Shown: positions 14,099-28,039 of the stretch, piece by piece
Layout: each line of letters starts with the position of its first letter
Numbering within the stretch: position 1 is the stretch's first letter
Assembly: GCA_951406725.2 (NCBI GenBank)
Contig: OX597819.1
Coordinates: forward strand, 128,154,001-128,218,000
Direction of reading: 5' to 3'
DNA: 64,000 nt
Source: Octopus vulgaris
Taxonomy: Eukaryota
Position numbers and translations under genes: made by a program
Notes under the pieces: generated by a model
The model's input: only the letters and a program-made list of their open reading frames with translations
Told to the model about the DNA's origin: nothing
The model's database searches: none

Positions 14099-15355
14099 AG
14101 AAATAAAGAAGTGGAATTGGGCCGATGCGTGTGTTATTAACATTGGCGTACTGACTCTCCCAAGACTCAACAATAAGTGTTAATTTCTTAAGTCAACTAA
14201 AATTGTTAAGATTATCGTTTTTCTGCTATTAGCCTAATCTTTACAAATGAAGAGATTTCTCGTTATTTTCATCTACACAGTATTTAGACAGGCTTCATCT
14301 GTGGTTGTTATTAGGGACCTTAGACTTTTCGCTTTATTTTAAGAATCAGGAAGAAGGGGAAGAGTTAATGGTTATAACAAGTTTTTCGAAGTTGACCAGA
14401 TCGATATCGTTAATATTCTGTTTTAACTGTTGTAAGTCAATATCTGCAGAAAAGATATAGCCAGAGTGGAGATTCCAGAGGGAGGACGTTCTAATGAAGG
14501 GCTTGGGAAGTTGGAAACAACAAGGGTGACGATTGATGAAGATACATATTATTTATATACATTAACAAAACATCCGATGAAGATCACGGATCATTATCTA
14601 AATATTAAGTATTTTCTATTTCTAAAGATGAAATTAATAGTTCGAAAAATAGTAAACTTATTAACAAAAACATATGTCAGACAAAATTTAAGCAAACCTT
14701 GCTAATTAATTAAAAGGCTCTCTCGGAAGTGTTGAAATATTGAATGGTCGAATCGATATGATACAAGAAAACCAAAATGCCTCTAATTCATATAGTATCA
14801 TTGTCAGCACTGTCGTATTCGTGGATCAATTTCCTCCACAAACGTAGCTGTAAATGTGTGCCGCAGAATAGGAACAACACATCGTTGTTAGTAGAAGCAA
14901 CACTATAAAAATGAATGAGTGCTTTGTTATAGTGCAGTTATAAGCTAACTTCCACTTGTAGATATAGGATGGTTGGACTCCGACTTCTGGAACATCCTCG
15001 GTACAACGCATAAAGTCTACATTAAACTAACATCTTCACAACTCATCAGCAAACAACGCTCTGTGCATAAAAATTTTACTTTGTAAACCGTATCTTCGGG
15101 TTCGATCTCACTGCTTTTTATTATAGTCTTTTGAGTGAATTTTTTTTGTCGGAAACTAAGTGGAAGCCCATCGGAGAGACAGTAGGTAGTTTTATGGTCC
15201 TGGGTAGACTTAACCCCTCGTCCTTGTTCAGCTCCAACACCTGGCTCTTAAGGAAGCTTCAAAGTGCTACTCTTATTCTTCAGGAGCCATGCCTACAAGC
15301 GTCAGTTATCATGGACTTTCATAACAAAACCTGAAGATTCAGGATTTTACTCGAG

Positions 15356-15901
15356 AAATCTTTATTTAATAGCCTAATCAAAAGAATTGCTCGGTGCACT
15401 GTATAAAACGTCAACGGATGGAGAAGCTCTTGTTCGGGAGTTAAGAAGTTTTAGGGAGCGAGGAGCTAGCCCTTCGTCACCACTACTTCCATATTTGCTC
15501 TGTACGTGGATGGTAATACCTGTCAAGGGCTATAGCTATAAAATAGTAGTTTTCCGTTGATTTTTGATTGTTTATTTACAATTTATTCTGAGTCTTCTTC
15601 TCTCCCGAGATTGCCGACGAGACAACAATTACGCTCTGGACATGAGGCACATGTCCAGAGACCGGCCCTCTTACAAGTCTTGTATGCCTTAAACACATGA
15701 CCATTTTCTACTGTTTTATAGCTATAGCCCTTGACAGGTATTACCACCCACGTACAGAGCAAATATGGAAGTAGTGGTGACGAAGGGCTAGATCCTCGCT
15801 CCCAAAAACTTCTTAACTCCCGAACAAGAGCTTCTCCATCCGATGACGTTTTATGCCTTGCACCGAGCAATTCTTTTGATTAGGCTATTAAATAAAGATT
15901 T
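15356..15901. repeat. Long inverted repeat, ~194-bp arms and ~158-bp spacer
   Basis: 15356-15549 is the near-perfect reverse complement of 15708-15901. Confidence 0.95.
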
Positions 15902-16807
15902 AGGTGGCACCAAGATTGCTCCCGGGACGTACTGAAATGTCACGCATTCCTAAATGTGCTGATGTATCTGTCGGTAACTGATAACACACACGTAATCATT
16001 CAGGTGGTGATATCATTTCGTCTGTAACTTTTCAGTTATCATTAATAAGTGCATTTTAAGGTGAACAACGATAAGAAACCGAAAGAGAGAGAGAGAGAGA
16101 GAGAGAGGTAGAAAAGAAAACCAATGTAACATGAAACTTGCGAAATGAGACACTTCAACAATTTGAACTTGTATACAGTTTCGCATTTTATATTCACACT
16201 GCGCTGGGTAACAATGCCCACACACGCACATGTACGCACTTACAACCTCCCATGCACAAATAAATGCATAGCTCTAGTCTCACAGTGTCAATCAGTCAGT
16301 TAAGCTCCATGACATTGACGAGGAAGCACGGAAATAGGAAACCAAAACTGGCTGTTTAAAAACATGCTAAACATATTGCAGGAAAACGAATACACTGTGA
16401 ACAGGGTTTCTCGATATTGCTGGGCATCAAATTAGACCTACGTCGATATATATTTAGCGTTTCTGTCTATTTTGTGTATTTTGTTTTAATTGAAATCTGG
16501 TGCTCATTCAATTGAACTGAATAGAATACCATAGACCGATACATAGATACATACACACACACACACACACACACATACATACATACATACATACATACAT
16601 ACATACATACATACATACATACATACATACATACATACATAATACATACATGCATACACACATGCATATATACATATATATATATATACATACATACACA
16701 CATGCAAACACACACACATATATGTTGCATGTATGTATGCATGTATGTATGTATATATGTATGTATGTATCTGTGTGTGTATGTATCTATGTGTGTATGT
16801 ATCTATC

Positions 16808-16873
<66 letters not shown>

Positions 16874-17252
16874 CATGCATACATACATAATTTAAATAAT
16901 CCTACGGAATTGTATTCTGTTCAACTGAAGGACCGCTAAATTTCAATTTAAATAAAATACGTAATATAGACGGAAACAGTAAATATCTATTGACGTAGGT
17001 CCGGCGCTGGAGGTCAACTTAATGCATATCAACATTGATGACATACGTAGTGAGTACCCTGTTTACAGTGTATCTATTTCCTTGCAATAATGTTTAGCAT
17101 GTTTTGAAACTGCCTGTTTTGGTTTCTTATTTCAGTGCTTCTTAGTAATGCAGCTTACCTCACTGGCAGAATGGGTGGCCAATACATAAATGCACACATA
17201 CGTACATATACATACATACATACATACATACATACATACATACATACATGAG

Positions 17253-17573
17253 TTTGTTCCTTCTCGAGCCATGCCTGGCTCATAAGGGCCGGTTTCCCGG
17301 TTTCCTTGGCGTATAGGATCCCCCACCTGGACGGGACGCCGGTCCGTTGCAGGTGAGCTGCAAGATGCAGGAGGAAAGAGTGAGAGAAAGTTGTAGCGAA
17401 AGTGTCAGTAGAAGTTCGCCATTACCTTCTGCCGGAGCCGCGTCGAGCTTTGGTGTTTCGCTCATAAAGACACATGTCGCCAGGTCTGAGATTCGAACCC
17501 ACGATCCCTCGACCGCGAGCCCGCTGCTCTAACCACTAGGTCATGTGCCTCCACTAGGCCATGTGCCTCCACA
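17253..17573 (-). mobile_element. SINE family C, full length
   Basis: Collinear with 13801-14098. It has an 18-bp tandem duplication CCACTAGGYCATGTGCCT at the head and is inserted in (CATA)n. Confidence 0.93.
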
Positions 17574-18327
17574 CATACATACATATATGCATGTGTGTGT
17601 GTGTGTGTCTATCTACTACATATGTGGGAAATTCTGTCTGTGGATGTGTTTGTGGAGTTGTTAGCTAACTCCTACATCATTTTATCGATTTTGAAACTTG
17701 ACACGGGAGTAGAACTGACGTCTGGAAACCTAATGGCATACTCAGATTGTTGAAATATCGATAACAGGGCCCCTGGAATGGATCCTTATATATATCTAAT
17801 ATATTTCGTTTTAACAGCCAAGGGATATAACCCATTCGCCCAGATTTAAACAGATAGGGGAAATAACCCATTCATTTTCCTAAATCATTTGGTATAAATG
17901 AAATTGAGCATTCTTATGTCTTAGTATTTGAACTGTAAGAGTTACTTTCGCAATTTATCCAGTAGAACCAAAAAAATTGTAAATAGCATTTTCCTAAACA
18001 ATAGATTCACTTATTTCGGTTAGTGACTGATTCACGAATATACCAACACTAGCACCGCTGAGGGTTATATTCTCTGGGAACGCACAAAAGCCCTTTGCAA
18101 AGTTATTTACTTTGAATTATCATTATATATCTAATTATCCTCTTATAATAAATATTTTTGTTTCAACATCTTCCCTCCATTTTCTTATTCTTGTTTATGG
18201 TATGTTTTTATACCTGTAACGAGTCTCCTCAAATATTATTTTCATATTCTTATTACCTGTTTTGGCTGATTTGCATGAATATGATGAATCCCTATTAGAA
18301 ATTACCTTTTCTCTCATACACACACAC

Positions 18328-18406
<79 letters not shown>

Positions 18407-18407
<1 letters not shown>

Positions 18408-18623
18408 GGAGGCGCAATGGCCCAGTGGTTAGGGCAGCGGACTTGCGGTCGGAGGATCGCGGTTTCGATTCCCAGACCGGGCGTTGTGTGTGTTTATTGA
18501 GCGAAAACACCTAAAAGCTCCACGAGGCTCCGGCAGGGGATGGTGGTGATCCCTGCTGTACTCTTTCACCACTCTAAAGGCGGTGCTCCAGCATGGCCGC
18601 AGTCAAATGACTGAAACAAGTAC
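18407..18623 (+). mobile_element. Chimeric SINE: C-related head joined to a family A tail
   Basis: 18407-18573 matches the C-like head at 42425-42560. From 18574 the sequence is the family A tail CTAAAGGCGGTGCTCCAGCATGGCCGCAGTCAAATGACTGAAACAAGTA. Confidence 0.85.
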
Positions 18624-18744
18624 AAAAAAAAATATATATATATATATATATATTTATATAAATATAAATCAGAGAAATTAATACTAAATTAATAGAAATT
18701 ATACTTATTTGAATTTTTTCCTATAAGTTTCGAGTTATATTCCC

Positions 18745-18811
<67 letters not shown>

Positions 18812-18830
18812 ATACATATATATACATACA

Positions 18831-18880
<50 letters not shown>

Positions 18881-19321
18881 TACATATACACACGCAAACA
18901 CACACACGTGCATGTATGTATGTATTATGTACATATGTATGTAAATAGAGCGAAGAGAAGATAGTCCAAGATTGAATACCTCATTACATGCGTGGTACAT
19001 TCATTTACGCTCGAATTAGATTTCATCTGAGTTTAATGTGGTTAAAAAGTGGCACATACAGGGGATAATAAAATCGATATATCTTTCTTCTCCAACATTT
19101 ATTATTGTGCTCATGTGTATGCGGTCACAAAGTTCGCTAAACAACGGCATAGTTCCAGTTTCGATCCTGTAGTGCAATAGTTTGAGTAAGTGTCTCCGGC
19201 TTCTGCCTAGAAATCACTGCTTCGCGCCAGTTTTACATATTTTTCGAAGCAACATCTGCTTCTTTAGTGGCTAGTGTGATGGCCGTTCGCTTGTTGGACT
19301 TTCTGATATCCATCATGGCTG

Positions 19322-19471
19322 AGCTGCGTGGTAAGACGCTTGCTTTCCAACCACATGGTTCCGGGTTCAGTCCTACTGCGTGGTACCTTGGGCAAGTGTC
19401 TTCTACTATATCCTCGAGTTGACCAAAGTCTTGCGAGTGGATTTGGTGGACGAAAACTGAAAAAAGTCCAT

Positions 19472-19546
<75 letters not shown>

Positions 19547-19777
19547 ATGTCTTTGTGTCTATGCTTGTCCCCTCTCCATTGCTTATCAACCAATGTCAGT
19601 GAGTTTACGTCCCTTTAACCTAGCGGGTTCGCAAAACAGGCCGGTAGAATAAGTACCAGCCTTACAAAGAAGAAATTCTGGGATCGATTTCTTCGACTAA
19701 AAAACCCTTTAAGGCCGTGTTCCAGCATGGTCGCATTCAATTGACTGAAACAAGTAAAAGAATAAAGAAAAGAATAA
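19322..19777 (+). mobile_element. SINE family A, full length, older subfamily
   Basis: tRNA-like head, ACCTTGGGCAAGTGTCTT block, internal (GT)n and the conserved tail. Confidence 0.9.
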
Positions 19778-20034
19778 CAGTTTTACTTTTTAATTATTGA
19801 CAATTTTTTCAATTGGTTATAAGAAATGGCTCTCTTTATAAAATTTGTGCGTTTAGCTTCAAACAGAAAACCAAATAATAACGCATATACCCAAGCAATG
19901 GGCTAGAGTTTAGATGAAATGCACTGATTACACTAATTGATTTAGAGTAATTATGGAAATGATAAGAATATTATGAGTAAAGAAAGCATGTTTAGCGAGA
20001 AAATATATATTAAATGCAAGAGAAATGTCCTACT

Positions 20035-20441
20035 ATTCTTTTACTCTTTTAATTGTTTCAGTCATTTGACTGCGGCCATGCTGGAGCACCGCTTTTAGTC
20101 GAACAAATCGACCCCGGGACTTATTCTTTGTAAGCCTAGTACTTATTCTATCGGTCTCATTTGCCGAACCACTAAGTTACGGGTACGTAAACACACCACC
20201 ATCGGTTGTCAAGCGATGTTGGCGAGACAAACACCGACACACAAGCATATACACACACATACACATAAATATACATATATACGACAGGCTTCTTTCAGTT
20301 TCCGTCTACCAAATCCACTCACAAGGCTTTGGTCGGCCCGAGGCTATAGTAGAATACACTTGCCCAAGGTTCCACGCAGTGGGACTGAACCCGGAACCAT
20401 GTGGTTCGTAAGCATGCTACTTACCACACAGCCACTCCTAC
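20035..20441 (-). mobile_element. SINE family A, full length
   Basis: Reverse complement of the family A consensus. Confidence 0.93.
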
Positions 20442-20600
20442 AAAATTTACAATGTTTTCTAATTTTTATGACGCTTGCACCAACTCATGAATGGTTTAGA
20501 TATAGCAACTGCATGTGAATCAACATTCCTGGACAAAGCGATCATTTTCAGTATCTTTATCAAAATGTAGTGAATTTGTGTGATTATATTTACTTCATTG

Positions 20601-20829
20601 AGGGCGGCGAGCTGGCAGAATCGTTAGCACGTCGGGCAAAATGCTTAGTGGTATTTTGGCTGCCGTTACGTTCTGAGTTCAAATTTCGCCGAGGTTGACT
20701 TTGCCTTTCATCCTTTCGGGGTCGATAAATTAAGTACCAGTTACGCACTGGTGTCGATGTAACCGACTTAAGCCCTTTGTCCTTGTTTGTCCCCTCTGTG
20801 TTTAGCCCCCGGTGGGCAATAAAGAAATA
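20601..20829 (+). mobile_element. SINE family B, full length with TSD
   Basis: Head GGCGGCGAGCTGGCAGAA, B-box GAGTTCAAAT and a Meta-domain-like core. A 16-bp TSD TATATTTACTTCATTG lies at 20585-20600 and 20830-20845. Confidence 0.95.
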
Positions 20830-20845
20830 TATATTTACTTCATTG

Positions 20846-21620
20846 TTTGCGATTTATTGCCGGTGTTCCACCAACCACTCAATGTTTTGACCATAGGAAG
20901 CACCAACACTTGCCAAAAATAATTCAGCGATCCATGTTTCAGTTCCACTTCGTTGTTAAATGAAATGCCTCACAGATTGTTTGCAGTGGGATCCAAAACA
21001 AAATGATGATCTGAAGGCGCTATTTCAAGAGGTGCAGTAATACGTGGGTGCAGAAGCACTTCCTGATCAAACTTTTGCTCAAATTAGCGAATGGTCAAAT
21101 GGAGATGAACGTTGTCATGTTGAAGAAGTATGCCGTGTTGAGCTGAAGGGCCTCTTTCAGCCGGTACATTTGCAGAAGGCAAAACTCTGCGTTGACCGAG
21201 TCGATTAGCTCTTGCTAATCCCACCACATGCTGATAATTGTCCTCGCTTAGCTAGAAGTATGACTTGTTTGTCAACATTCAGCCTTTCTTTCCTCTGCTT
21301 CGTTTCCACGTAAAGATAGCGTTTTTGATCGCTGGTGGCGATACGGTAAAGAAATCTCTGTGTCCACGAGTAGTCTGTGTCGAGCGAGTAAACTCACGGT
21401 AATAGTGGGGCACTAGGCCACGTAGCATCCACGCACCAAGATTTTGCAGTTTAGTCAGTGACAGTATCATAAGGGCATCCGTCTGCTGGGATAATTCTCT
21501 AGTAGTTGGTACAGATCTTCATCGATGAATTCATTCATTGAACTACTGAGATGGACGCTGAGATTCTGTGAAGTTGAACTTTCGCTCTTTGAAGGATAAA
21601 AATTATATTTATACAGGTCT
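20846..21620 (-). pseudogene. Decayed mariner transposase
   Basis: Broken minus frames give LGAWMLRGL (WVPHxL-like), FLYRIATSDQK (TGDEKW-like), ILLQHDN, EIAPSDHH (DLAPSDYH-like) and GISFNNEVEL. Confidence 0.75.
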
Positions 21621-21630
21621 TTCGGTAAAA

Positions 21631-21866
21631 TATTTCTTTATTGCCCACAAGGGGCTAAACATAGAGGGAACAAACAAGGGCAGACAAACGGATTAAGTCG
21701 ATTACATCGACCCCATTGCGAAACTGGTACTTTCTTTATCGATCCCAAAAGGATGAAAGGCAAAGTCGACCTCGGCGGAATTTGAACTCAGAACGTAACG
21801 GCAGACGAAATACCGCGAAGCATTTCGCCCGGCGTGCTAACGATTCTGCCAGCTCGCCGAGCGCCT
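21631..21866 (-). mobile_element. SINE family B, full length
   Basis: Reverse complement of 20601-20829 and 59409-59641. Confidence 0.93.
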
Positions 21867-22236
21867 TCTCCGTACACAATACAAATGTCTCAAACGGTTT
21901 TGGCAGCCTTAGAATCTTGACTGAAAGCGAAGGGAAGCAGGTGTAGAGAATTATCCTCTTTTTCTATTTGGCATTCCATTTTCATATTCCTGAAAAAAGA
22001 TAAAATTTCGAAAACTATAAACACAAGTTGTAGAGAACGAATGGAGCTAAAAGTACCATGAAAGATTGCGGTGAACATATTTTTCATATTAATTAAACAT
22101 TTGAGAGAAACGTGGAAATTTAACTAACAACCCAATGTATGCGTGTTTGTGTGTGTATGTGTTCGTATATATATATGCACACAAATAAATGAAAGAATGA
22201 AGTTGAACGACGAATTAACAAAATTCCTTTATTTTA

Positions 22237-22319
22237 TTTTCGACATATGTTTCGAAGGCTGCATATTCCTAATTTCGAAGGAATAAGGGGTGCATTATGC
22301 CACCTTCTCATCAGGAAAA
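22237..22319 (-). ncRNA. Type I hammerhead ribozyme (PLE-associated)
   Basis: Minus strand reads UUUUC-CUGAUGA-GAAGG...CCUUC-GAAAC-AUAU-GUC^GAAAA. The core is canonical, stems I and II have 5 bp each, and stem III lies in the palindrome ACAUAUGU. Confidence 0.9.
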
Positions 22320-22885
22320 GTAAGGAACTTATGTCAGCATCAAGATGCACAAAAACTTTTAGATGACTGCCCACACGGAGCCCATAGCGATAATGAACGT
22401 TTCTTTAAAATATTCCGTTATAAGCAGTGACGTCAGAAATGGTTGAATGTAGAAGATTCTAGAAGGTTCAAGGGTTCAAACAAGGTTGGAGGAGAGAGGC
22501 CTAAGAATAGGAAGGTAAAAGGGGGCAGGTCAAATGAATGGTGATTTTGTTGTTTTCTTTTGTGAATGAGTGCCTATGTGTGTGTATGTATATAACTGCA
22601 TTAATGGCTATGTGTGTGTATGTGTGTGCGTGATTGTGTGTGTGGCTGGGTAGATGCCAAAACCAGACAGTGGTGAAGTGACAGGTTTGTGTCTGTGTGT
22701 TTGATAGTGCTTACGATAGAGAGAGGGAAAGAGAGAGAGAGAGAGAGGAGGGAGAGTTAGAGAGACAAAGGTAAAACACACCTCAATGGGTTGGGTAGTA
22801 GTTCTTTAAGAGTATAAAAATTGACTATGGGGTGATATATAAATGGGACTATATTATTAAAATTCGAGGTGGTTATCTATATTAA

Positions 22886-24146
<1,261 letters not shown>

Positions 24147-24175
24147 CCATGACATATATATATGTATATATATAT

Positions 24176-25977
24176 GATTGATTGATTGATTGATTGATTC
24201 TAGTTTCAGCTTATGAGCTGTGGCCATGTTGGGGCACCGCCATTTGGTTTTGCTACTTGGTTTTACTTCACGAAAGCTTTTTAGCAATTGCCATTTGGTG
24301 CATGAGAGAGTTCGATGCTGCTGCCCTCATCTGCCCCTCCTGCCGTGAAGTTGGTTCATCTGGGACACCTGACAGGAAGAGATCCAGTTTCATTTTAAAT
24401 ACATCTGCATATACCCCATGCAGGTCTCTCAGGTTCTTCGGGAGGATATTGAAGAGCTGTGGGCCTCGGAAGCCCAGGCTATCACAGAATCTTGTCCTAC
24501 ATCTTGATGGCAAGTTTGGAGTCCTAGGCACCACGCAGTGGCGCCCAGTTCTGGAATTTGCGTAACTCTCGATGCCAAAGTTTAGGACACGTCCCTCCAG
24601 GATCTTCCAGATGTATATTATGGCATATCTTTCCCGCCTACGCTCCAGGGAATATAGTTTTAATCTCTTGAGTCTTTCCCAGTAGCTTACATTCTGCATA
24701 GAGGCTATCTTCTTCGTGTAGCTACGTTGGATCGCCTCGAGCTCTGTGATCAACTTGACAGTGGATGGTGACCATAGCTGAGAGCTGTAGTCAAAGTGGC
24801 TTAGGACAAGTGTCCTCCAGAGGACCATCATGGTTTCTTGTTCTCTTGTTCTAAAGGTTCTGAGGATCCATCCGGCCAGTGGTCTACATTTCATTGCCAA
24901 TTTAGCAACATGTACACGAAAGGTCGCGTCATCACTCATGTAAATACCTAGGTCACGCACTGATTGTGCCTCTGGGATTGCTATTCCTCCGGGTCCAGTG
25001 TATTCATTGGGTATTGCATTTAGTTTTGCATGCTGATAGTATAGAGCTTGAAACTTTTCAGCATTGAACTGCATGCTATTCTTTTCAGCCCACTTGTATA
25101 TTTTGTCCAGCTCACATTGCAGGTGTTTAGTGTCCTCAGGGTTCTGTATTGTCTGTGAAACTTTTGTATTATCTGCATAACTTGTGATCGTGGCTCTCTG
25201 CGTGGCTGAGGGCATGTCTGAGAGGGCCATTATGAACAGCAGTGGTCCCAGAACAGTGCCCTGCGGAACACCGCTCACTATTTGCGTGTTAATAGTCAGC
25301 TACTACCACCTGACTTCTATCTTTCAGAAAGTCATGAAGCCATTCTCCCAGTTTTCCAACTATGTTGAGATCACGCAGTTTGTGACATATCATTCCATGA
25401 TCGACTTTATCAAAGGCCTTTGCAAAGTCGAGATATATCACTTCCACATTTGAGTGGTTGAGCAGCCGTTTCAGCACCCAGTCATAGTGTTGTAGGAGCT
25501 GAGTTAAACAGCTTCTCCCTGGTCGGAAACCATGTTGGGTGTCGGGCAGCAAGTCATTCTCTTCAAGGAAGGTGATCAGCTTCCTTCTGACTATTCGTTC
25601 CATGACCTTGCTGATGTGTGAGGTCAGAGAGATAGGTCTGTAGTTCTTGGCTTCCGCTCTGCTACCTCCTTTATGAATGGGGCATATTTTACCTTCCTTC
25701 AGTTTTCTTGGAAGTTTGCCAGCTGCAAGGAAGCTCTGAAAGAGGAACTGCAGTGGTCTTGCTAGGACTCTCTTACATGCTTTTAGGAGGATTGCCGGGA
25801 ATCCATCGGGGCCAGTAGCTGAGTCTGTTTTCATTTCATCTATAGCCTTGATTACATCGTCTTCCTTTATATCGATGTAATCTATCGTCGCCGCCTCTGA
25901 TTTTATATCTGCAGTGGTAAAAAAGTCAGTTGGATTGGTGATTTGGAGATGCCCAAGGGGTGGAGTGAAAACACTCT
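24176..25977 (-). mobile_element. CR1-clade LINE, 5'-truncated, with 3' UTR and (CAAT)n tail
   Basis: RT ORFs, a short 3' UTR stem-loop and an (AATC)n tail at 24176-24199. Confidence 0.95.
24268..25834 (-). pseudogene. Non-LTR reverse transcriptase (CR1-type ORF2), frameshifted
   Basis: Motifs GPDG, NYRPISLTS, QHGFRPGRSC, YLDFAKAFDKV, SGVPQGTVLGPLLF, YADNT (YADD altered), RDLG and SLERRR. The frameshift lies near 25280-25300. Confidence 0.95.
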
Positions 25978-26148
25978 ATATATACATATATATACACTCT
26001 ATATATACATATATATATATATACATATATATACATATATATATATATACATATATATTTATATATATATGTATGTATATATGTATATATGTATGTACGT
26101 ATATGTAGGTAAAAAATTAATGAGTGCGTGCGTTACATAAATAATATA

Positions 26149-26226
26149 TTCAGGATTAAATAAAAAGACAACCGGAAAACAGGTATGTTATATTTTCCGT
26201 TTGTTGCCTTTTTATTTAATCATGAA
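26149..26226. repeat. Short fold-back hairpin
   Basis: TTCAGGATTAAATAAAAAG..CAA.CGGAAAA pairs with TTTTCCG..TTG.CTTTTTATTTAATCATGAA. Confidence 0.8.
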
Positions 26227-26233
26227 AAAAGGT

Positions 26234-26340
<107 letters not shown>

Positions 26341-27743
26341 GTATGCTGATGCAAACAAAAAAAATAGAACTCAAAATATGAGAACATGTCTATTTTTCTA
26401 AATATTTAATAGAAGTAACAAATTGACTCAAGGCCATACAGTTTCGTGCGTTTGATAAGTGCCAACGCACAAAATTTTCGGCCCTTGTGCACGTGACTTA
26501 ATTCCTGTTTGTGTATATCTTATTAAGTATATCAAATTAGTTGTCTGTTTAATGAACGTATAAAGTTGGATTCTCTATCTATGTATGTATGTATGTATGT
26601 ATGTATGTATGTATGTATGTATGTATGCATGCATGCTTGTATGTATGTATAAATGTATGTATGTATGTATGTACATATACATGCTTGTATGAATGTATGT
26701 ATGTATGTATGTATGTATGTACGTACGTATGCATGCATGAATGTATGTATGTATGTATGTATATATGTTTGTATGTATGTATGTATGTATGTATGTACGT
26801 ATGTACATATGCATGCCTGTATGTATGTATGTATGTATGTATGTATGTATGTGTGTGTGTATGTATGTATGTATGTATGTGTGTGTGTGCGTGTGTGTGT
26901 TTACGTATGTATGCATCTATCTGCTTCTACTTGTAAGAGTGTATATAGAAGTTTTTCTTTGCAGTGTGCATACATGCGTTTAGTGTGTTGAACGAACGGG
27001 AAAGAGATGATAGGCGTTATAGTGTTCGGGGATCACTAACTTCTTATTGAAGGGTGGAGAAAGGTGATGGAACAATAAAAGAATGGCACACCTTGGGAGG
27101 AAGCTGAAGAGACGGGTGGTGAAGGGTGGTGGCAAATGTGACGGGAGGTAACTATTGCTGTGTTGTCAAGGAGGGTTAAGGGGTTGCGCAAACGGGGCAC
27201 GGGAAGGGGCAGACGACAAACAAATAAACAACAGCTGTCTGTAATTACCTCTGTGTCATACAAATGCGCACATGCATATTTTCTGAGCAATATCTGTATG
27301 TGTATATATGTGTTTTGTGTGTGTGTGTATATATATATGTATACCTATCAATATATTTCAATATATAGAGAGATATAGACAGATATACATCATCGTCATA
27401 TACATACGCACAAGCACACACATATACATGCATGTATACACGTACGACCAACAGTGTGTGCGTTTGACTATGCGTGTATGACTATGTAAACATGCGTGTA
27501 AAAGTATACGTGTTTGTGTGTGTGTGTGTGTGTGTGTGAGTGTGTGTGTGTCTATGCTATAACTCACACACATATTTAATCAATCTTGCAAACTGTGCGA
27601 GTCGTACACATACACACGCAAATATATACATGTATAATTATACATACATGCACACACACATATATATATACAAACACACATACTTATATATATATATTCA
27701 TACATGCATACATGCAAATATATACATGTATAATTATACATAC

Positions 27744-27848
<105 letters not shown>

Positions 27849-28008
27849 CAGACACACATATATACATATATTCATACATGCATACATGCGTTTGTGCTTT
27901 TACATGTGCGTGTATGTATGTATGTATGTATGTATGTATATATGTATGTATGTATTTATGTATGTATGAATGTATGTATGTATGTATGTATGTATGTATG
28001 TATGTATG

Positions 28009-28039
<31 letters not shown>

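Noticed and set aside
14230-14560. Possible decayed LINE ORF1 (gag-like) on the minus strand
   Set aside because: Only a vague compositional impression with no diagnostic motif.
13801-18480. tRNA-like sequences with A and B boxes
   Set aside because: They are SINE heads that continue into repeat bodies, one with a TSD, and do not form a full cloverleaf.
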